DNA of 64,000 bases from Saccostrea cucullata (Eukaryota): positions 62,001-126,000 of the forward strand of contig NW_026930705.1 in assembly GCF_032062105.1 (NCBI RefSeq), written 5' to 3'. Below are positions 27,921-39,729 of the stretch, piece after piece; the first letter of the stretch is position 1; every line of letters begins with the position of its first letter. The notes under the pieces were generated by a model that was not told where the DNA came from, did no database searches, and saw nothing but the letters and a program-made list of their open reading frames with translations. The position numbers were made by a program, and so were the translations under genes.

Positions 27921-28302
27921 ATGGGATCCTTCACATTTTGTAGAAGACTATGGAATTGGAAGCCAGATCGTGTGGAGCGCTTTGAAAACGACGAACAAGA
28001 ACGTTGCACGTGTTGGTCAGGGGAGGTGACGTCACCCGCTAAAATGGCGTTGATCGAACAAGGTGACACGGCCGCGCCTGAGAACTGTCAAAGACTTGTT
28101 ATATTGGGCTCAAGTAAAGCAGGAAAAACATCTATTGTTTCACGATTCCTGAACAATAAATTTGATGATAGTTACACCCCCACCATTGAAGACTTTCATA
28201 GGAAAATATACCGGATCAAGGGAGAAGCTTACCGCTTGGATATCTTAGATACTTCCGGTAACCATCCTTTTCCCGCCATGAGGCGTCTGTCAATCATAAC
28301 AG
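27921..28302 (+). CDS. RASD: RASD-family small GTPase (Rhes/Dexras1-like), coding exon 1
   Basis: G1 GSSKAGKTS, G2 YTPTIEDF, RASD-type G3 DTSGNHPFPAMRRLSI. Donor ACAG|gtgagg at 28302/28303 (phase 1). Start is ATG 27921 or the in-frame AAAATGG at 28044. Confidence 0.95.
28007..28036. promoter_or_regulatory. E-box (CACGTG) and palindromic CRE (GGTGACGTCACC) upstream of RASD ATG 28044
   Basis: CACGTG 28007-28012; TGACGTCA 28027-28034 within a 12-bp palindrome. Function is unproven. Confidence 0.35.
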
Positions 28303-28599
28303 GTGAGGAACGTAAAAATATTTTTATAGAATTTTTTGATAGTATTTTTTACACGCTTTGCTATTTAGAACATTACTGGCTAATGCTGCAATTAGTTTTA
28401 ACATTTTTGTTGTTCAGACCAAAATAGAACTAAATACATCTATAGAGTATGGGCAAATTATATTCCTGTCATTAAATACATGTGTACTAAATCCTTATTA
28501 ATTAATATTGAAATCTGACTGATGAATCGTTTTATTTTTTTATAATTTAAAATAAAAATTCTTGCACGAACTGATATCTGATAAGATATTACTTGTAAA

Positions 28600-28962
28600 G
28601 CTCGGTCAAACTCTAAGGTCAATATCAAAAGTATACTAGTACATGTATACGCCAATGAATATGCTTTGTCACAGTGAATATGCAAGTGAATTATGACAGC
28701 CCTTGCATCAACTGTTCAAAATAACGAAGGCTAAAGTTTTAAAACATTTTGCAAGCGCCAAGGCCAAGAAGTCAAATTTGTTAATATTCAAAAGAAGGTC
28801 TTGTCACAAGGAATGTACTTGTGCAATATGAAAGCCATAGCTCCAACCAATCAAAAATTATGAGCAAGGTTTATGTTTTTTATGACAAAAAGCAAGAAAA
28901 ACAGACAGGGCATAAACAAAATATTAGTACCCCTGAATCACTGATTACGGGGGTATAAAAAT
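28600..28962 (-). mobile_element. Helentron/HINE-like relic in the RASD intron
   Basis: ACAGACAG, terminal hairpin cccctgaatcactgattacggggg followed by tataaaaa. Confidence 0.55.
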
Positions 28963-29112
28963 AAAATAGAGTGTAGAAAAGTAGAAAGGGCATTCCTTAA
29001 TTTGTATTATGATACACTATGAATAATTAAAAACTTTTTTGCAAATTTGTTGTTTTTCTGAAAGTACACATTTGCAACTAATTTGACAAACAGGCTAACA
29101 ATTCCTAAAGCA

Positions 29113-29400
29113 GTGTGTTTGTTTTGATTGCTTGTATGTTGTTTAGCGTTCCTCTCGAGAATTTTTCACTCATATGGAGACGCTACCACTTTCCGGTGGA
29201 AAGCTACACATTTTGTCCTATTTACGGGTCTTTTTCGTTCTAGCACCTACTGCAACACGGGACCTCGGTTTATACGGTCTCATCCGAAGGTCCGGTCTCG
29301 ACATTCCATTCACAGTGGGATTCGAACCCGCGACGTAAGAATCAACTCCTTACAATGCGACTCTAGAACAGACGCTTTCACCACTTCACCACGCGGGCGA
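29113..29400 (-). mobile_element. tRNA-derived SINE in the RASD intron
   Basis: Reverse B-box gggattcgaaccc, reverse A-box region ccacttcacca, shared SINE tail. Confidence 0.75.
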
Positions 29401-29943
29401 CAAGAATCTCCAATAAGGTTCTTATTAAAAAAATAAGTTCTTTTCATTCTTTAGAATCTGTTTATTATCACGGTGTTCCAGTATTAACCCATAACCAATT
29501 ATAAGTTGTTTATTGTAGCGTTTGTTATGAAGCTGTAAGAGTCCCTTTAACCATTGTGTTTATGATGCTGAGAGATGCCGTGCGAATTATAATTTGTAGG
29601 CCACTGACATACTCCGTAAACTATGTATAACATAGATTAGTTGTCTTGTACAGTTTAATAATAAGATACACAATTATAATATGAGTATGTGTTTTTTTTT
29701 AACTTAAGATTAAATAGTTAAAAGTATTAAGTTAAAGAAAAGGGGGGTCGTCGGTAGGGGGTATTCCCGGGTATACAATATCCTTATTTCGAGATTCAAA
29801 ATTCATCTCAAAATGTAAAATCTTTTGTAAGACAAATCATTGGTGGAGTATAATGGATTAATGCTAGAAGATCATTCCATGAAAATTCAATGTTGGTTTA
29901 TTCCTTAAACGAAATATTTGTATTTGATACATTTTTATTGTAG

Positions 29944-30494
29944 GGGATCTGTTCCTTTTGGTATACAGTATAGATAACCGGGAATCCTTTGAAGAAGTGG
30001 AGCGTTTGTGTCAACAGATACAGGAGTGCAAGACTCAGTGTAGGAATAGAGAAGGCGAAAGGCGCCAAAGAGGGGCCATTCCTGTAGTTGTCGTTGGCAA
30101 CAAGTGTGATAAGGAAAAATCGCGCGTGATAGACCCAGCCGAGCCACTGCACCTTACCGAAATCTATGAGAACTGCATGTTTATAGAAACGTCCGCAAAG
30201 AAAAACATTAACATCGAAGAATCCTTTACAAGACTTTTTGACATGGGGAACCTTCCTTTAGAAATGAGTCCTTCTTTGCATCGGAAGGTTCATCCTTTCT
30301 ACGTAAGCGGAAGTACTTCACAAACCGGAAGAAAGGGTATGTCCATTAGAAGAAAAATGTCTGACGCTTGCGGAACAATTGCCCCAAACGTCAGACGACC
30401 AAGTATACGCACTGACTTGATGGTGGCACAGATGAGAACAAAATCATCTAATCTAACCAAAGCTGATGTGAAAGAAAAATGTGCTATTCAGTGA
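29944..30494 (+). CDS. RASD: RASD-family small GTPase, coding exon 2
   Basis: Acceptor ttattgtag|GG GAT CTG joins in frame (SIITG-DLFLLVYS). G4 NKCD, G5 ETSAK, RASD tail motifs LPLEMSPSLHRKV and RRPSIRTDL, CAAX box CAIQ-stop. Protein is 310 aa (269 aa from ATG 28044). Confidence 0.96.
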
Positions 30495-31818
30495 TTTTCG
30501 ACGACGATAAAATGTAATTAGTGGAATATTGTCAGGTTTCTGTTTGTTTTTTTTTTTCCTTTCTGAATTTCTTTTAATCCAAAACTATAATAAATGTAAA
30601 TCTTACTTGACACAAGCCTTTTCCTGATAAAGTTTCATCTTCTGCAGATGCTTTTTTCTGGAATTGTGAAGAATCAAAACATGCTGTAAGTTTCAAATTT
30701 GTTCAGATATTACTAGTATCCTACTGCTTTATCACTAATAGAGACTCAAATTTTTTCACAGAATTTAGTCAAAAGTATTTCAAAAATCCCGAGAACAAGA
30801 CTGCTGCAATTTGTGGAGTTGATACGTAAATCTAAGTTTTATACTTTATGGTTTGTGGACGTTGTGAGATGAAAATTAAAAGAGGACAAAAATTCTAATT
30901 TTTAAACATAATATTTAAAAAGAATACAATTACTTTTCATATGGGTAGATGGAAAAGACATAATGGGTATGATATAACACATGAGAGACTTGTTATGTTT
31001 ACTATATGATGGTTGTGAATATAAAATATGTTTTTATTATAATGAAAGGGTTTATCTTAGTTGTTTTTGAAACCAACAACGAATGAACAATTATAAAGTG
31101 GTCTTTTTAGTCATATCATCAATTAAATTCAAAACTCCAAATCGCTGGTATTAAAAGTACAGTGGGTTTTCTGCGTGGGTTATCTAAGAGTTTCTTTTAT
31201 AACTGTTAGTAATTGTTTAGTTAACGATCACATTCAGTGCATGGGAATCCAATTTTCAAAATCACATGCTGTTTGGTTTAAACATGATGGAAGATATTGC
31301 CTTCTCAGAGCATCTCTTCCAAAACGAAATAATATCTTTTGATCATATCAAAATACTTGAATTTTGTAAACGAGACCTGTTGGGGAGGTCTGGGAATGAA
31401 ACTAGTTCAAATCGAATGCAAATAATTGGTAATTACACAGCCGGTTTCATTAATACAAAGAAATCGAAGACATCGGTTAAAAGACAACAGTCAAGATTTG
31501 TTGAATAATGCAAAAATATTAGAATTAATGACAAACCTCGCAGAGGAGGTAATGCTTGTTAGATGGAGACCAAATTACCCCCAATCAATCAAAGCTCAGG
31601 GACGTTTAATTGAAAGAATAGCTGTTTGCTGAAGAAGAAAAGTTAAACAAAGCAAATTAATTTATCTTTTTTTGTCACAAGACAAGCAATAAGCCTCGTC
31701 GTTCGTGTAATTTCTCTTCTCGTGCGGAATCTAGTGTGACGTCGATAATTCTCACTCGAATACGAGGCCCTCCATGAACTCTTAGGTCGAAAGTACGGAC
31801 ACAATCAGCAGCGGAATA

Positions 31819-33155
31819 CGAGGGGCGTTCAATAAATAATGTCATCAGGGCTGGGAAAGAAACAAAAATCGCTTTTCTATGATTTTGTCTTAATGATTTA
31901 ACTAAAATGTTCTCTTTTAATTAAAAGACATGTCCGTTACATTTTTATTCAATTTCTAATTGTTTTTAGAACACAGTTTTGAGTATGACCCTTCGTATAC
32001 TGGAAAATGGCAGATCCTATGATTTGCCGTGCTTGTTTTTTTCTTTCTGAAAGGTGTTTTCCTAAGTTTGGGAAATGAAACAAGTCAAAGATTGAATGAT
32101 TTGGCGAATATTGTTGATATGACAAAACATTAACTTTCTGTTTACCCCAAAACTCCTTTACTCTTCATGGCCTGTGGGTTTGGACGCTGTCAGGAAGACA
32201 TTTAATGTAGTGAATTCCTCATTCTGTTTCCTTCCTCTCATAAACCTTTCAATTTGTTGGCAAATATTTTGCATACTACACTCCTCCAGAAATTGAACTA
32301 CCTCACTATATATGTATTTGAACAACAAGACCGCTAATATTTAAGAAAATAGCGTATAAAACTGTTTTTGTGTTCTTGCAAATTTTTGCTCTTCTTAGGC
32401 CTTTGCAGTTTTGTCAAGAACTTCTTATTCTAAATTTGTTTTGAGGGTTCAACGCAAAATGGATTCAAGTTTCATGATCTGTTTGAATTTCAGAAAAACG
32501 TGGATAAGAACAATTTTTGATTTTTTAAAAATAATTGTTTAGATTTTCTATACGCTCTCGTTTTCACTCATATTTATAAATATAGGGTGACATTTGAGTA
32601 TTAAACTTTTTTACAATCAAATGTTTCTTTAAAACAGTGTGAACTACCCCCGATATAATGTCTATCAAATTTGCTATGTAACTTAAAGTCAATAAAACAT
32701 AAATCTGTGATAATTTGTTGAATTATCGCTAATATACATTGGTTGTTGTATGTCCTTGTTGACAAGGAGGGTACCCATTTTTGATGACCATTATATAATT
32801 TTTGTTAACTAAAATCCACCTGTTCATGTATGTATGAAACAGACATAAGTTGCTGTAAATTTCACATATTTCAGTTAATATATTGTTGGGACATTTACAA
32901 GTTTTACAGCAGCTTTAATGACGCGTTCAATTTTACTCTAATTTACTGATTCTTGACCATTCATTTTTAACGCAGTGTCTCGAGTAGCCTTTGTTTTCCA
33001 GCTTCCCACAATGAAATTATGCGATGAAAAGTGGTCACATAAACTGTTATCAATTCATTAAAGATTCAATAATTAGAGAAAGTCAAGCTTAATGTCATAT
33101 GATTTCTATGTTGTATGTCATGGAGCTGATGACATTATTTATTGAACGCCCCTCG
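31819..33155. mobile_element. Mariner/Tc1-like element, no intact transposase
   Basis: 30-bp perfect TIR CGAGGGGCGTTCAATAAATAATGTCATCAG, TA TSD, 1337 bp. Confidence 0.88.
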
Positions 33156-34049
33156 TACTATAAACAGCTGTGGTCTTCATTTCATTCTAAAGGCCGGCAT
33201 ACACTGTAAGATTTGTATTATAATACAAAATCTTACTGTGTATACACTCTTAATACAGTGTGTCATACGATTTTTCGAATCTTGTAAAACTGTATTAAGA
33301 ATAGAGCAATGCTCTGTTTCTTAATACAAGTCTTAACTTACCTTTCACTTTCAACCAATCAAATTTACTCCCATTGGGGGTCATCTTATTTATATCATTA
33401 CTAGAAAAAGCACATGGTAAATAATAATGTCCGAATTTACAAAGAAGTAAATCGAAAATCTCATAGTTTCATGGGAAGGGGAAGAAGACTTGTGGAATAT
33501 ATCAAGCAGTAGCATAGTACGATGATAGACACAGCTATATTATTTTGACAGAGAGAGAAATATGGCAAGGGAATTAAAACACATGGGAATACGTAGTTTA
33601 ATTACAATCTTATAAGATATGTATTAGCATGTCTACAGGGAAGTATTATAATACTTATATTATACTACAAATTCCATCGTGTATACCGGCCTTAACTTAC
33701 ATACCAATACCTTGTTATTGTATATATATTTACATTCAGTGTAATTTTCTTTATGAAATCCATTAGAAATCCAAGACGTTCAAATATCTACAACACACGG
33801 GAAACCTTGTCACCGCGCGTTAGTATAAAGGAACTATATGCATTTTCAATTTTCAACTCTAGGAACACCAAAATGCACATTGTATTGGCACAATTTTAAT
33901 TAAAAAAATAACCCTGTTAAATTAACGTAAAAATACACGATAACAATACTTCTACTCTACAGAAAAATGATTCTACTCACTTTAACAATCATTCTACTCA
34001 TAGTTAAAATAATTATACCCACGATAACAATACTTAAATGAAGAAGACC

Positions 34050-35780
34050 TTGACACGTTGCCAAAATGGATAAACTGTATCAGATGCATATTAATGACAT
34101 TAAGCGACTGAGGGGCAAATGAAAACCAACTATCCTTCTGTGTTCAGTAATTCAGAAGTGAAAAAAAGAATTAGATAGATTATTCAGTCAGTATTTATTG
34201 GTACCTGCTAACAAAGCAGGTAACAACATTGTCTTTGTAAGGCTCATTATTTAAATTGTATTTTTAGAGGAATTGGGATTTAACTCTACTTATGGTAATC
34301 AAACTTACACCCAAAGCTCCCTTTCTAAGGAGGAGATTCTTCAAAATCATATGCCAGTTTTCAATGTTTTCAATATTCACAACAACCAAAATGAATTTGA
34401 ATTACCATATTTATATTGGATTCCAAAACTTCATAAAAAAATTCTTACAAAAATATTAAGCGGGTTCCAGTAAATATTCTACAAAGCCTCTTTCCTTACG
34501 CCTCACTAAAATATTAACAGTTGTAAAGGAGAAACCTCAGGAATACTGTCCAACAATATATTCGAGAAGTGGTGTAAATCTTACGTAGATTTTTAAATTT
34601 CTAAAAAACTTTTGGAATATTTGAAATCACAAGAGTTTACCAAAATCAGCAACAAAAATACGATATTTAAACTTTATATACAACTATTCCGGAAGATAAA
34701 TTAAAGTTCGGGCTTCTGATATCAATGACAGGTGCTTTTTTATTAAAAAAAAATAAAATAAAAAAAAATAAAAAAAGCTACTCGAAAATTGACTTACCTT
34801 GTCACTGGTCATTTGCAAAATTATTTTGTTGAAAAAACATTCTGATTGTACAAACAGGTACTCTGAAAGTGATTTTAAAAGAAGATTGAGTTCTGATTGA
34901 CAATATCTATGTGGTTTTTGGAGACCAGGGTCTTTCAACAATCTACTGAAATCCGCATTGGTACCAATGGCATCCCGTTATTAGTAGAACTATTTTTTAA
35001 TAATTTGTATTCATTTCAAGCAGAATTTGTTTAAAATCTTCAACGTGAAAAGAAAACATTTGCTGCGGCCTTCAACTCGACATTTAAATATATCGACGAT
35101 GCATTGTCAAGTAATATTACTTATTTCCATTCTTATGTCGACATGATATATATATATATTTCGATGAGCTTGAAATAAAAGATACCACAGGGTCTGACAC
35201 ATCTTTGGATTTTTTTTTTACTAGAAATTCACGTCAATAGTAATCTGACAACCAAGCTTTATGATACACGTACTGACTGTAACTTTTCAACTTCCCTTAC
35301 TTATGCAGCAGTATACATCATCACTTGCATACTGGGTTTATATATTTTTGTCAATTCGATACGCTAAAGCATGTAATGCGCATGACCGATTTCTAAAACG
35401 AGGTAAGTTATATTGACAAATAAGTTGCTGAAACAAAAAAAAAATATCAGCAGTCTCGTTTTGTCATCATTTCGTAAGTTCTATGGTCAATGACCCTGTC
35501 AGAAAATTCACTCTATCATTAAGTCACATGCTGACTGACATTTTTCATACCAATTGTTAGACCAGTATTTACAATGGGGATTGACGACGGATTTTTTACG
35601 TTATTTCCCGAGGATGACCAGGAGCACACGGCGAATGTGACCGGTCGGCAGGGGATACTCACTCCTCCATGGCACCTGATCCAATTTTACTGATTTTTAG
35701 AGATGTGTGTTTGCTCTGTTCCAAAGTTTGTTGTTTAATGGACATCTGAGCTTTAATACTGTTCGTTATCTTTATAACTT
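34050..35780 (+). mobile_element. Longest Penelope-like (Naiad-type) RT relic
   Basis: LVPANKAGNNIVF; ELPYLYWIPKLHK; AFNSTFKYIDD; ends ..IFHTNC* with no downstream GIY-YIG; 3' motif 35622-35682; many frameshifts. Confidence 0.88.
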
Positions 35781-36973
35781 TCATTTGAACATATTTGAAA
35801 TTCGTCAACCAAGGATGTTTTGGCAAGTTACGTTAAGTTGTTGTTTTGAAGAAGTCAAAATGTTACAGATGGGCAACAGCAGAAAAGCTCACTTGAGCAT
35901 ACAACTCAGATGAACTAAAAGTGAATTGCAAGTAGAGAACCTTTCACACCTATTTATGTAGTATAAAGTCTCAGAAAAATCAACACAATAGTCTCAGAGG
36001 AGAGGGGAAAATTACGACAAAGCTGTTCAAATCGAAAGAATTTGATCAGGACCCATAATTCCAAAAAAGAGGTTCACTGCCTAGGTTACTAAAGTTTGCC
36101 ATCCTGATTATTCCTTATCATGCCTGTTTGAACTTTTTCAATACAAAAAAGCACATATCCCTTTCGGACTACTGCATTATTTGTAATTATTTTCCAAGAA
36201 CAAAATGAAAAATTAAAAATTTTGACTTTGAAATTGCTAAAACAAGAATATTTCTCAGACACAGATGGTGCAATTGTGCACATATTTTAGTTGGAATTTT
36301 TTTCTTTCCTGTGACTGCTCATTGACAAAATTACTTTGTCAAATATCACTCCGATGCCTCACACAAGTACTCTGAAGGGAAACATACAAAGAAAGTTGAT
36401 ATTAAAAGGATGCTGGAGTACGTTCCTCAATGGCAACATTTATGTTGTCTTCGAAGACCAGGCCTTCCAAAAAACTATTGGAATTTTGATTTGCTATAAT
36501 TGTGCTCTATTTTTTCATATCTGATCTGGGTTTTTTATTCTTATGAAGCAGAATTTATTTAAAACCGTGTTCGTGAGATGAAGAAAACACTAAGTCTTAC
36601 TTCGGGCTTCTACTCGATATTTAGATATATCGACGACGTATTACAATAGTTACATAAATTCATATGTCAATTCGAGTGAACACGAAAAAAAAAAACACAT
36701 AGAGTCTGCAACATCTGTTTCATATTTGAATCTTTTACTATATTATAGACTATATATGTTTTGACTGTATTATGATACGAGCCAACTGACAACTGAATTG
36801 TATGACAAATGAGCTGACATCAACTTTTCTTCGTCAAATTTCGTGATTTTTTTTTTTATAGAAACATCCCGTTATCACCTGAATATCGTGTTTACATCTC
36901 CCAACTTATTCGCCGCAAAAGATCATACTCGGAGTACGATCAGATTTTAAATCGAGACAGGCTACTGATAGAT

Positions 36974-37852
36974 GGAATGTCAGACTGCTCGGCCCAACGA
37001 CACCTCGGCCCAACGATACCCCGGCCCATTGACACCTCGGCTCCGACGGCTCGGCCCAAATTTGCAGACACCTCGGCTCACATAAAAGACACCTCGGCCC
37101 AAACAGAAATTAATTTTTTTAATAAATATATTTATTATTTATGCTGTTATATATCTATGAAACGCAAAAGAAAATTAATTTGATACATTTGCAATCTTCC
37201 AAGACGGCAAATTGACGGTAATTAAAGAAAGACAATCCATTAGTAACTTGATTGTAAGTGCTAATCATTAAACAAACAAGAAGACGCAGTGCAGTCTCAA
37301 GCACGTGTCATAAGGGGTGGTGACTATGAGGAGTTAATTACGAGAAGCCATAATTGGGAGACTTACTCATGTTAATGAAAAGTTCCTTTAAGAAACCATT
37401 GTTGATATTTTATTGAATTGATTTGAAAAAAAATATGAGTTTTCAAAATTAAGCAGTAAAATATATATATCAAAAATAAACAAATCAATAAATCTTGCGG
37501 ACCAGTGCATAATCTTCTGTGTATACCTATTACATGTACCTCCCAATCAGCAGATTGTAATTTGATGTGCTGTGGTTTGTTAGAAAATACTGAAATATTG
37601 AAATAATCGTATATTTATAATATACGTATAGTGATTAAATATACACATATAGTATAATTTTACATTACCGTGGCATAGAAAGTACAAAATAAAAAATTAA
37701 ACTAATTTAAACAAAGTAAATTTTATTTTATTCCTTGGGCCGAGCAGTCTTCGGTATGGGCCGAGGTGTCAATGATTTTGAGCCGACCTGTCAGGGCCGA
37801 GGTGTCAACCAGCACAGGCCGAGGTGTCGTTGGGCCGAGTAGTCTGTCTACC
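36974..37852. mobile_element. Non-autonomous DNA transposon with (GACACCTCGGCCC)n subterminal repeats
   Basis: Inverted termini cagactgctcggcccaacgacacctcggcc / ggccgaggtgtcgttgggccgagtagtctg; direct repeat GATAGAT(G) on both sides (7-8 bp TSD). Confidence 0.88.
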
Positions 37853-38125
37853 GATAGATGAGTTGAAGTTACATAGATTTCAACAACCTCGTCTAAAGTC
37901 AGTATTTCATAAATTCTACGGTCATTATAATGACCTTGTTAGCAAATATAACCTAACATTGAAACATACTGGTATTTTAGCTGACATGTTTCATACCAAT
38001 TGTTAGGCATTTGTTTGTATATTGTATTTGACTATGGAATACTAGTAACCTTTCTACCTGATCAATACACAGGGCTCATGACGGCTGTGACTGGTCAACT
38101 AGGGATTCTTACTCCTCCTAGACAC

Positions 38126-38477
38126 TATTAGTTATCCAGGTTCAATCAAGGGTGTACGGGGAATTAGCCCGGGTTTTATTTCATACACCCTGAGGCCGAA
38201 GGCCGAAGGGTGTATGGAATACAACCCGGGGTAAATCCCCGTACACTCTTGATTGGATCTGGATTACGAATTTATTTCCTATGTACTCATAAAAATGCTT
38301 TAATTAGTTTGTAAACATCAGAGTGAATCTCAATCTATGGATAGGATAACTAGTTACTACAATGCATCGTGATGTCATGTTATTTGGTTTAAACCCGGCT
38401 AAAGTCGGGTGCACGGATATTTACACCCGACTTTATAACCAATCAAAGCTCGTGTTACAAGCTACATAGGAAATAAA
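38126..38477. mobile_element. Palindromic non-autonomous element (Crypton-like)
   Basis: ~60-bp-arm hairpin centred on GAGGCCGAAGGCCGA, second IR tttatttcctatgta/tacataggaaataaa, no TSD. It splits the PLE 3' motif. Confidence 0.65.
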
Positions 38478-39397
38478 TGATCCCACCTTTAGAATTTACA
38501 GGGGTCATTGTTTTTATGCCCGTTATCGGGCTCGTAATGCTACCAAGTCTAATAAAAAAAATTGCCCAATATTCTCATCACATATAATATAACGGCCTTC
38601 GCGACCAGATGAGCTAAAAGTTGGGATAATACATGTATTTTGTTCGATAAGCAGTTATTTTTTATCAGGTGAGCTAGAAAGTAGAGATATTTTTTCTTCT
38701 ATAATTAGGTATCGCTTTTTTTAATATAGTTATCCGTTCATATTTTAGAGGGATCATAAATAAAAAAAACCCTGAAAGAATTGTCTCTTACTTTCATTTT
38801 TTACCCCGATTGCTTTTGAATTCAGAGTAAAATTACCAGGAAAAAAATTGCCTGTCAAATACAGCCGTACGGTGCCTCCTCTCTCGCCTCTGTAACATGT
38901 TCGAGAACATCTTGCATATATTCAAGACAATAGATGCAACTTTCTGCTTCTCCAATCGCTCCAATTCGATGACATATTGAAATGTGTCCAAATCTGAGTA
39001 ATATGACTTTTAACCGGGCGCTTGTCATTGTGTTCATGGATTTAAATTCTCATTGGGAGGCATTTTGAGTAATGGTGGTCGTAAAATCTGAAATTTCAAT
39101 ACTTTGTAATGTGGCCTTTGCACAAACGACACCATTATTACTATTGCAGAAAAGGTTATTAACCAAAGAATGAATCGCCATGATCAGCAAGCTAACTAAT
39201 CAAAATAAGTCCTTGACATTTTTGTTTCTTTTTCCTTTTTATTCAGAATACGTTAAACCTATTGCATGTTATTAACTATGTTATTTCCTGGCTCTATTCA
39301 CTGAACACTCCAGGTTCCTGTAGAAATCAATGTTCTCGTTACAAATGCTATAGAACACAAAGGTGTTCACAGAGTCACCAGTCTCCACAATAAATGT

Positions 39398-39403
39398 TTT
39401 ATT
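39398..39403 (-). terminator. Candidate polyadenylation signal of the CNBD2-like gene
   Basis: AATAAA on the minus strand about 145 nt after the stop. Confidence 0.5.
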
Positions 39404-39546
39404 GCAGTCCGACATGTAAATATGTTGACTCTCACTGTCAATGGAAGCATCTCCTTTTATTGCTCCGGGGTCGAATTAACATGTAAACAGAGTTTAACTA
39501 TGATGTCTGTCGGTAGTTGTTACTTTGAACTATTGGTTAAATAGGG

Positions 39547-39729
39547 TCACGTTGGCCCGGTCCTGAAACAGTACTGTCCTTGAAACTGAGGAGCAAACTG
39601 TTTCTTTTTAATCTTCCTGTCCACCAAGCGACCCACAATCCTATCGTATATCCGTTTCCGGTGAGATTGCCAATTGACATAGCCCTGAAGTTGTCGTTGT
39701 AAGGTTTCATCGTTTGGAAATGGGGACTC
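39547..39729 (-). CDS. CNBD2-like terminal exon (ESPFPNDETLQRQLQGYVNW...GPT*)
   Basis: ccaacag|GAG, 183 nt to TGA. Confidence 0.88.
   Translation of the reverse strand, partial: ESPFPNDETLQRQLQGYVNWQSHRKRIYDRIVGRLVDRKIKKKQFAPQFQGQYCFRTGPT

Larger units (their letters stand above)
36355..38510 (+). mobile_element. Penelope-like relic carrying two nested insertions
   Basis: NIYVVFEDQAFQKTIGI; FRYIDDV; QQPRLKSVFHKFYGHYNDLVSKYN...FHTNC*. Confidence 0.85.
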
